In this document: positions 23,288 to 33,276 of the stretch, piece by piece
How the letters are laid out: every line of letters starts with the position of its first letter
How positions within the stretch are numbered: position 1 is the stretch's first letter
NCBI GenBank assembly: GCA_040954595.2
Contig: CM082576.2
Span: 19,205,028-19,269,027 of the forward strand
DNA from: Balanoglossus misakiensis
Lineage: Eukaryota; Animalia; Hemichordata
Reading direction: 5' to 3'
Length of the DNA stretch: 64,000 bases
The notes under the pieces: model-generated
The model's input: only the letters and a program-made list of their open reading frames with translations
Database searches by the model: none
What the model was told of the DNA's origin: nothing
Translations under genes and position numbers: made by a program

Positions 23288-24098
23288 GTGAGTGAAATTT
23301 TGAGTTGTGAAGACATTGTGATTTTGTAAGTTTTTAGTTGGTGTCTTTATATCGTGACAATAATAATAGTAATAATTAAAGCTACAAGCAGCATTGAAGG
23401 GGCCCAAGCATAGAGATAATAACCATTAGACTCCATTCAGGGTTGTACCATTCAATTGCGTAGGCTGTATTTGCTCTGGATGTGGAGATATGGGGAAGTA
23501 GGCAACCACCCGAAATGGATGTCCTACAAGTACAAACACAACAACCACAAGTGAACTTCTACGTTATGTAAGGACTTCAGTTAAGTACTTCAAAGGTCAG
23601 CTGAGGGTACCCAAAAATTGGGCCAAAAATTTGGATTCCTATTTGGTTCATATTCAAGACAACGGAAAATTCTCACCCTTTGGGTTTTTAAAATTAGGTA
23701 TGGCCATAATAATGAGTTACGCAAGTAAGTTACAGGTGGCCCTAGGAATTTAGCATTTCATGACGGTCCTACCCTACCCCTCCAAACACGTGGCTATATA
23801 TGATGTGCATGTTAACATATGGAAAGCAGGTCAATGGACACCTGAGGTCATTCAAAAATTTGACAGAAAAATTTCATTCCTGTTTATGTCTTGTGCAACA
23901 AATCCTACATTTGCAGCCCTTTCACTTTGCCTAACATTAGGTATGCACGTAATACATGAATCAAGCAGGTGTCAAAGGTATCCCCCTGTATTTGGCATTT
24001 CATGATAGTTTCATCCCTCCAAATACCAAAGCTGCACCTGTACAACGGGATGAGATATGGCACTGTATGACAGAGGTCATCCAAATCACCTTATACAT

Positions 24099-24951
24099 CA
24101 ATCAATCAATCAATCAGAGAAATTTGTATAGCGCCAGTATCTATAACAAGTGTCATACTCAAAGGCGCTTGTGCTCATTGGCCCACACCATATGCTCTTG
24201 CAAAATAATGCGTCTTCAGTCTTTTCTTAAAGATACTCAAACTTGGAGCTTGACGAATGTTCCACAGTTTCGTTGCAGCATGAGAGAATGCTCGGCCACC
24301 GTATGAAGAACGTTTGTACATTGTAGTGCATAAAAGGCTCTTATTAGCTGAACGAAGCCTGCGACCAGGAGAATATGTCCGAATGAGATCGCGGATATAG
24401 TTCGGAGCGAGATTATTTAAGGCTTTGTATGTGAGCAGATTTATTTTATACTCTATCCTGTGGCGAACTGGTAACCAATGAAGAAGTTGAAGAACTGGCG
24501 TTATATGGGCAGACTTCCTGGACCGAGTTATGATTCTTGCAGCTGTATTTTGTGTGCGTTGTAGAAGGTTCAGACTGCGTTCTGGTATACCATACAGTAA
24601 TGCATTACCATAGTCGAGTTTCGCTGCCAAAATAGCATGAATCACTGTTTGACATGTTGCTTTGTTAAGAAATTTCCTGATTTGTCCGACACGGCGAAAG
24701 TGGTAATATATTGATTGACAAGTTTTCTTGATGTGATCTTTATACATGTGCGTATTGTCAAATATTACACCAATATTGCGAGCTGATTTAACGACGGGAA
24801 CAGAGCTTGAACCAATGGTAATCTTGTCAATAGCATCAGCAGAGTGATGAAATTGTGAACGAATAAGTAGAATCTCAGTTTTTGGAGTCGTTGAGTTGAA
24901 GCTTGTTTTGGGTCATCCAGTCCTTAAGATCACGGATACAGGCCTCAATGG
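24099..24951 (-). mobile_element. 5'-truncated L2-clade LINE (3' end of ORF2)
   Basis: ORF 24175-24747 has the L2 C-terminal motifs (KLDYGNALLYG, LQRTQNTAAR, HITPVLQLLHWLPV, YGGRAFS). 3' end GCGCTATACAAAT plus (TTGA)n tail. ACAT TSD at 24095-24098 and 24952-24955. Empty site TTATACATTTGGG at about 60394-60406. Confidence 0.92.
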
Positions 24952-25654
24952 ACATTTGGGCAAAAACCAACTGACACTTACATTCGTCCCTGTGGAACAA
25001 AAACCACACCTATCGCCCTGTTGGTTAGTGTCTAATTAAATGTACAAAATCAATGACTTAGGCAGGTGCAACAGACGACCCCGCCTTTGGTATATCATTA
25101 TGGTCCCATCCGTATATGCCCCCCCCCTCCCAAGCCAAAGCTGCATGCATCTGCTGTGGATGCTCACTAAGCAAAAGTAGGTGAAAGGTCACATAAGGTC
25201 GCCCACAACTTGACGGGAAAATCGGACTTCATATTGATCCATGTGCAACAAATAGCACGCTACCACCCCTTTCATTGACCCCACAATTACGCATGCACAT
25301 AATTATTGAGTTATGCAGGTGTCACAGGTGACACCCGAATCGGGTGTATTATTTTAGTCCCATACAGCTGCATGTAGCTGCGTGCCGTTACGGGCGGCCT
25401 GATAACCCACACGGCCACCTGCGGGCCGACCCCCATACTGAACGTCCAGTTGCAACATCACGACTGAAGTAGGAACTTTTGAACGGCAACGAAGCCTGAT
25501 CTCTGATTATTGCTGGTACCATACTCCTGTCGTGCAAGAAAATCACTGGTCTGCTGACGTATTTCAGCCAATTTCCCAAACTACTATCCACTACATGTGA
25601 CTACAATGCTAATGAAACCTCCCACAACATTAGCGACTTAGGGTCGAAGTCCAC

Positions 25655-28195
25655 TGTTTTAAATTTTTTCATCGGTTTTACTTTAAAGGATGCCCACAAA
25701 TTGCAACAGTAAATATTACTACAATATGCCAAAAATAAAACTTTCTTCACATCTTGACTAAAATGTTGAAAATGTCTCAATAGCATGTTTGCTCTAACAC
25801 AAAATGCTCTTCTCTGTCGTTCAATATCTTCATTATCACAACCCTCACAAGATATAACATGGCCCAGATAGGTGTGTACAGGTACAAACTTTAAAGTGAT
25901 GTCATTAAGTTTAACCGAAGGAATTCTTTGAACGCTCATATTCTTCCCATTAAAAAGCATGCACACAGTTTTACTAGAATTATAAATTATATCATAATCA
26001 TTGCCATAAATTTCACAAATTCTAAGAAGACGGTGTAGACCCTTAATACTTGGACTGAGTAGAGTCATGTCGTCAGCGTAACCTAAAGTGTTAGCGCTGA
26101 CACCACACATGGTACAGCCAACTTTGGCTTTACAGAGTGCATTGATAAGATCATCAATGTAGACATTAAAAAGATAGGGAGAGAGTACTCCCCCTTGTCT
26201 TACACCGTTAGAAACAGAAAACAACTCTGAGGTTTCATTACCCCACAACACAGTAAACAATTGATTTCTGTACCATTAAAGGTCACATGTCATGCTTTGG
26301 AAAGTTTTCATTTTTCCACGTCAAAAGCTCACCTAGGGTACCTGTCTATGCATTGCCTATTGTGTCGGTTCCGAAAAATGTGCACGAATGCCGGAATTTG
26401 CCACCTTTTTTCATGCCTGTGATCGGGGAGCCACTTCGCACTCGAGCCAGGCGAAGGTATTTGCATATGGACAAACAAGTACACTATGTCGTAGTGTACC
26501 ATTCTGTTTACAGTAAAGTGTAATTATCGGTCCATGAGTAATTAAGTCCACAGACAAAGATAAGCTATATAAACAGTGTTCAAAGCAAAGGAAGCCCTTG
26601 CCTCACATTGCAGGCAGAGGATTTACAAAGGTGTGAAAGACTATTTGTCCACATCAAGATAAGTCTTCGGCTTAACTTCGAAAAGCCAAAAAAAATCGAC
26701 TGAGTTGGGTTAGGGGTACACGCCCACCCGCCACTTTTACTTGCTTGTTATCTAAGCACAAGGGGCAAAACGCATTGCAAGATAGTAACATACGTTAACT
26801 TCAAGACCCAAATAGTGATTTTACGCGTGGTTGTATAGGGCATGGCATGGGACCTTTAATATAAAATTCGTACAGCATACAAGGGAACATTCCTGTCGAT
26901 GAGCTTGTTAACCAGTTTAAAGTGATTAACTCTGTCAAAAGCTATTGAAGCATCCAGAAAACAAGTAAACACTGGTCTTCCATTGCTGGTGTAGTAGCTA
27001 ATGATTTCTTTAAATGCAAATAAACACAGGTCAGTTGAATGTTCTCGCTTGAAACCAAATTGTAAATAATGAGAGGTAAGAAACTCCTCACAACGAGAAA
27101 GTAAAATAGGCTCAAAAACTTTAGAGAAAACAGTTGCTAGTGCTATCGGCCGGTAGTTACTGGCATCACTACAAAGCTTAGTTTTATCCTTAATTGGAAC
27201 TAAAATAACGTTGATAGCCTCAGTTTGCAGGTAACCATGAACAATCAAGTCAAAATGGGTAAAATAGAGGAGTCTGAGAATTTGAGGTGCTCAGCTGAAA
27301 TATTGTCAATGCCAGCTGTCTTATCGTCAGGTAACTTATGTATAGCAGAAATTACTTCTTCTTCAGAAACATACATATCAGAAGAAAATTTAACATACTT
27401 CATTTTCTCCTCGATGTCATTTTTACCAGTCTGAGCCTGGACAGAATTCAAAATATCACTGAAATGCTTGTGCCACATAATTGCAATTTCACTCTCACCA
27501 GTCGCTCCACCTACAGTGTCAGAAAGCGGCATTTTTCTGCTAGTTTGCTTTCTGACTTCCTTCCAGAAGTCGTTCTGTTTGTGGCAGCGTAAATTGTCAG
27601 CCATCTTGTCAGCCCTATTTTGATTCTCAATCTTTTTACAAGCACGTAAAGCATACTTAAAACGAGCTCTGGAAGATTTCATGGTTTCAAAAAGCGGGCC
27701 TTGTTAAGGTTTACCCCCATTAACCCATAATAAAAACATGGAACGGGCATAGTCGTGACTTTCTTTTACAAAATCGTTCCAGCCAGGCACAACATGAACT
27801 TTCTGGTGAAACTTACGCCTAATGGTATCTTTTGCAGCACAATTCAATGCGTCCACAACACTACTATAACAAGTATCAATTGCCTGTAAATGCGAAGGGT
27901 ATGTACAGTTCACATTAGTGCAGAATAACTCTTCGGATAAATTAATCTTATCAACCTTGGCTTTGGTACAACGGGTGTAGGCGGATATATTCTGCTGTGA
28001 CAATTTTTTCCAATCAACTCGAAAATTACATTGCTTGAAGGAACTACTGCTGAAGCATTCATCAGCAGAAGTGTTGAAATGAACCTCTATTGAAACAGGA
28101 ATATGGTCGGAGTCAACAACATTGCAAAGACTCGAAATTGAAAGAACATTGCTATAAAAATTTTTAGTGGTAACACAGTGGTCAATCCAAACTCA
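25655..28195 (-). pseudogene. RTE-X-like non-LTR retrotransposon ORF2 (APE end plus RT), disrupted; copy 1
   Basis: APE end motifs WIDH and SDHIP; linker PGWNDFVKESHDYAR...WVNGGKP...RARFKYALR; RT motifs NYRPIAL, QFGFK, FLDASIAFDRVNH, GVRQGGVLSP, YADD. Internal stops, a 16-bp deletion and a MITE insertion; 3' end deleted. Confidence 0.88.
26280..26855. mobile_element. Kolobok-type MITE (576 bp) inserted in the RTE-X-like RT
   Basis: TIR AGGTCACATGTCATGC versus revcomp AGGTCCCATGCCATGC. TTAA TSD at 26276-26279 and 26856-26859. Empty site TACCATTAATATAAAA at 62921-62936. Confidence 0.9.
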
Positions 28196-29522
28196 GCGTA
28201 ATTCAATAAAACGCCCTAACACAGCCTGAACTCCGATAATGTGTTGTCCCAAAATTCATTCCGTGGAAAATAATCACTGGTCTGTTTACGTATTTCAGCC
28301 GATTTTCCAAGGACTACTGCAACTCGCCAGAAGTGAGTAGCCTGCTAATGAGATCTCCACAACATTACGTAATGACGGTCAAAGTCCGATGCCCCAGTGT
28401 CCGTCCTCAGCCCACCAAAAAATGCGAAAAAATATTACAAAAATCTTCTTCTCAAAATCGACGTGGCCTAGGACCTTGAAATTTGGCACAGGGGATTTTG
28501 GCCACATCGTCTACAAAAATCGCGAAAAGAATGTACATGCCCCCATTAACGTGCAAATTAGGTCAATTTGAAAATTTCGCTCGATTATAGCCACAAAGTC
28601 ACGTGACTAATTACAAATTCAAAGGGCAGGTGCACCAGTACTCATGGGCCCCAACCACCGTGCCAAATTTGGAGGCGCACCTGCCGGAATTTCAGAGAAA
28701 AACGGGCGCAAAAAAACGACTCAAGAAGAAAGAAGACAAACTCCAGCAATAACAGAAGGGGACCAAGCGCCTGAGGGCTCTTGGTCCCCTAAATATGGGA
28801 CTAAACTTGACAGATACCCGGAATATTTTCCTATTTAGGATACCTGGTTGCATTTCCACCTAAAGGCGTCCTATTGGCGTGGAAATTTTATAACTTGAAA
28901 TCGTTTGACTGGGTGATAGGTATTAATATCTTATGATGTTATAAAACACTTGGCTCGCCGAAGGTAAGGACCGATTATAGCGTCAGTCGTGTCATAAAAT
29001 CTATATGAACGTCATGGGTCAATAAACTTGATGGTCCAATAAAATTTAATGGTTCGTAAAACTATTGTGTCCAATGTCTGCAGAGTATACTGGCTGCAAC
29101 ATGTGTATGAGTCAGGATTAACGGCTGTAGCCATCAACCCAAAAGGTGAACGTCCTATTCTCACTAACTTAAATAGGTTTTGCGACCTAGTTGAGTGATA
29201 AAAACCTTATGATAAAGTCGACACAATTTCAAGATGACGATGTGCAAATGAGAGTTCATAAGCTAAAGTAAAGTTCAATGAATTCTATACAAAGTTCAAA
29301 AAAGATTTTTTACTAAAGGAAGACATGAACAAACTGATATCGTCTCTTCATATTCGTACATGTCCAACTGTTGTGATTTGACCCCCCCCCCCCCATGGTA
29401 CATGAACCTATTACTTAGTACACACTTAAACAATTGGCATTTGAAGTGCCTTGCTTGACAGTGTTTAATGCGGTGGTCAGCCGCGTTTATCTCTCGCCAC
29501 TTCATGCATCATGTCGCCTTAA

Positions 29523-29842
29523 AGGGACAAACTCTCTCTCTCGTCGCCCTTTTCTATTAATTATGTTTGATACAAGACACCGTTTATATTAATGGGCATG
29601 TGTATATGTAGTGAATGAACGTTCAACCACACACAACTTCCATCCTGCTTGTATGATATGAGAGTAAAAACTCGCCCAAAATGAATTAATGGTAGAGACC
29701 GATTTTTCAGTTTTGCGAGTTTTCGCTCTCGTGTCTACATGCGGGATAGAAGGTGTGTGCGGTTGAACGTTGCATCACTATATATCCACATTTACATTAA
29801 TATAAACGGTGTTTTGTATCAAACATGGAAAAGGGCAGCGAG
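29523..29842. mobile_element. Kolobok-type MITE (AGGGACAAAG family), tip of right TIR deleted
   Basis: Homologous to 8403-8749; TTAA at both ends. Confidence 0.8.
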
Positions 29843-30479
29843 TTAAGGATGTACGATCAGTAAAATTGAAAGCATTGTCATTTCTTTTAATCGTGAATTT
29901 TCGTTTCTGATTTGTATGTATAATGAAAATCCATTTTGGGTCACTGCACTTGTTTTCGACTTTAAACAAGGCCGTGAATTTAGTCGACAATTGAAGAAAA
30001 CTGCTAACGGTCAGCATTTTCTACCAATGGTTTGTCTATGGATACAATATTGAACAAAGTTTATCTCAAAATAGAGCGTGATGAATTTATTTTGATTTGT
30101 CGGAGCTATGTGTAAAATTTCATGAAAATGACAATAGTAGAAGTGAGTTTTCTAACTATTCTCCATGTACTCCTATGGGAAGAGACACAGGCGCACAGTT
30201 TACCAGTTGACGACCTCTAAAGAGGAAACGGGGGGGGGGGGATGATGAAAGGTTTAAGACTTACAGATCACAACTTAAAGAGCCATTCAGAAAGAGGCTT
30301 AGAGTGGAGTATCAAATCGGACGATACCACTGACTGGTGGAGGAAGACAAAATAAGCAAACTGAGTAGATGAGTGCTCAGATTTCTTCAGAGGACCAAAC
30401 GTTTCAAAGAATTATACGTGACAATCCATGCCTGGTCCGTCAGTAGATATAAACAGAACATTGTGGCTGTATTCATTAA

Positions 30480-30770
30480 AGGGACCAAGTCTCTCTCTCG
30501 CTGCCCTTTTTCCATTAATTATGTTTGATACAAGACTGCGTTTATATTATTCTACATGTGGATATAGTGAATCAACGTTCAACCATACACACCTTCCACC
30601 CCGCTTGTATAGACACGAGAGTTTTAAAAAGTAGCCAAAATGAATAAACGGTCTCTACCATTTATTCATTTCGGGCGAGTTTTTACTCTCGTATCATACA
30701 AGCCGGATGGAAGTTGTGTGTGGTTGAACGTTCATTCACTAACATAAACGGTCTCTTGTATCATGTCCCT
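30480..30770. mobile_element. Kolobok-type MITE (AGGGACAAAG family), opposite orientation, internally deleted
   Basis: TTAA-AGGGACCAAGTCTCTCT...TGTCCCT-TTAA; the interior is the reverse complement of the 8403 copy. Confidence 0.8.
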
Positions 30771-31559
30771 TTAACACTTTTGAAGCATTTTACTAATGCT
30801 AACATGACTAGACCAATTGAATGATGTTACATTGCAGGTTATCAACTCAGAGGGGCGTCTTGTTATAAAGCGGTACCTGACAAACAATCAGCTGGCAACG
30901 CTGAAAATACCTGTCAGTCGTAAGTATGAAAGTATACATCATTTGAGTAGAATTTTACGGGAGTTCCTAACAAGGCTTGGACATGTCACGCACAAATACA
31001 AAGGGCGCGTATAAAGACAGACAAAACCTCGCTCAGTGTGAGGTGTTCAGCGATTGCATCTGATAAGTTGAAAATGCTTGATCACGTGTCATGTTCAGTT
31101 GGGAAATTGGATATGTCTCAGGCCAAAAAAACTAATATGTGCTATTCCGATTACATGGTTTTCAAAAATATTGTAGGTAGAAAGGGACATTTTTTTATTT
31201 TTCAATTTTTTTTATATCTTTGGCCGTCGTAGTGTAGAAGAATGACATCATAGATCTTGCGTGATTCTCGCAATTTTCATGAATTGTTTTATATTTGACA
31301 TCGTTATTTTTACTTCCGGTTTGCGAAGATCTAAACTGTTTTGGGTCGGCGGGCTAAAATTAGGGTAGTTCGGGTAATCGTTATGACATTGGGAGCTACG
31401 GCTGCAAAACCATGTGTCTCGTGCGAAAAGGGCCCTTAACCTTTTGCAATATTTAACAGCAAACAACAGACAGTTTTGAGAATAAAAGGTTTCCGTCGTG
31501 TCTGACTTTCATATCGCATTAATAGCATATCCCTAATTTTAAAGAAATTAGGAGAGACA

Positions 31560-31775
31560 GAGTGAAACAGGCAGAGTGGCAGACAGACACAAGCAGACAG
31601 ACAGAGCAACATTCATCAGTAGAGACACTCACCGGTCGCTCGCTCGCTCGCTCACTCTCTCTCTCAGAGAGAGGGGGCAGACAGTCAGACAGACAGACGT
31701 TGACAGACAGTCAGTAAGTCAGTCAGCCAGTTAATCAGTCAGTCAGACGTCAAAGACACAGTGACACAAACACAG
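31560..31775. repeat. Compound microsatellite / low-complexity tract (ACAG, CGCT, CT, AGTC)
   Basis: Visible imperfect tetranucleotide and dinucleotide runs; duplicated at about 42238-42453. Confidence 0.75.
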
Positions 31776-33276
31776 CGAGGGAGACAAAAGGACCTTTCAT
31801 GCTTAAACCCCTGTTCTTCTGTTATAAACTTTGAAAACCGTTCGTTTTCAGACTGCAGATTGCTCGAATAACGCGGCACACTGCCGAAACAATAAAACAA
31901 ATACTAGTGGGAGCTCATAAAATAAAATCGCTCAACCATTCCGTCGTCCTGAGTGACCTCAGCCACATTAATTCCGACGTCTTTTTAGGGTCATGAAAAA
32001 AGTCACAAATAAGGTATTTCCCCTAGGTCCACCTGAAGCAAAAAGTTTTCGTTTCGACTCCATCATTCCGAATAGTAAGAAAGCAACAAAATTGAAAAGA
32101 CAGATGTAAAATGCAATCTCTCTCACGTGGTAACGTTTGTAACTATGGCAATCACGGTACGTGTTCAGTACACAGACAGGGAGAAAAGTTTCCCCATGCA
32201 ATACATGTGTTCAGTAAGGTTTGACCTTGGTTTTACTTTGTACCATGATCGCCGCTTTCTAAGCATGGATGAACGACGGCGGTCAGACCCAATCGAACCC
32301 TTTCATGTCAGATGACCACGGTATCTCCAGTGTGAGATGACATTTGACAAACCATTTGATTTCAACAAAATCTTCGCGTCGTCAACGCGTCGCATACCAG
32401 TCGCATATCGGTATTTACCCAATCATAAAAGTTGGAAATTCGGGAGACTCGATCTGCAACCAAGTTGAGAGTAAATTTTGACGTTTGACTATTGGCAAGT
32501 AAACAGGTTACACAATGACTTGTCGGTTTTTCCTCCGTCATGGTCGTTCTTGACCCAAGTGTCCTTCCTTGACATTTAGACACACCTTGCGGTATGACCT
32601 TGGTGGTCATGTGCAATTAGTTTTCTTGTATAAGACGCTTTTCATGCCGGGGTAGACGACTTGTGCGTGGATCATCAACATTTCAGTGATATTTCAACGC
32701 AAAGTTTTAGCAATATTGAGAAAACAGGTAGTGAGGTGTCAAATGCATATCAATGTACGAAAATTAGGTCAAGCCACCCGACAGCAACCGCTTTTACACA
32801 GTGTCGGACGTTGCACGGAATGTGAAACGTTACACTGCTTCGGCCGTTCACATGCACCTGGGCGTGGTTTTGATTGATGGTCAAACGCCCCCACTTACTT
32901 TGGGCGTTTTCAATGGTAAATGTGTCGTATTGATCGAAACCTTGCCGTAAACACATTTTTTTTGCTGAATCAACATTCAGAGTTCAGCCGTCTAGTTAAC
33001 GAAGTATTGAAATAAGCCACTTGTTCATCATTTTTTGTCTGTCAAACGTGTTTATTCGGACAGGGACCGGCCGCCAATGAGTGGTTTAGGGAGCCCACAC
33101 GTACACTCTGGTACCTGGACAATTAACAAAGACATGACGTGTGTACCGTCCGGTTCGAAAAGATTGGTTTAAGGTAGTCCTGGTAACAGTCATCCTAACG
33201 AGGCCAGGGGAGGTCTCCAAGGGCGAAATAAACAAAGCTACCGATGACGAGTCGAATTCGAATCGGACGATGCTTG

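Larger units (their letters stand above)
23379..28793 (+). mobile_element. Helentron/HINE-like element hosting nested LINE insertions
   Basis: The 5' end AAGCTACAAGCAGCATTGAAGGGGCCCAAGC is echoed at the 3' end by CAGCAATAACAGAAGGGGACCAAGC plus the stem-loop AGGGGACCAAG...CTTGGTCCCCT. Internal degenerate tandem repeats; the ATCACTGGTCTG..TACGTATTTCAGCC unit occurs on both sides of the RTE-X-like insertion (about 25542 and 28273). Confidence 0.6.
25159..33276 (+). repeat. Segmental duplication, copy 1 (matches 35834-43954)
   Basis: All ORFs recur at an offset of 10675-10678. I saw only about 8 SNPs and one poly-G length change. Confidence 0.97.

Noticed and set aside
30265-30333. 69-nt minus-strand segment with a strong acceptor and GTAAGT donor
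   Set aside because: Stops in all three frames and no supporting neighbours; cannot be called without RNA data.
31968-32956. Short ORFs in the unique block before the satellite
   Set aside because: All are under 90 aa with no domain signatures; their recurrence at 42.6-43.6 kb only reflects the recent duplication.
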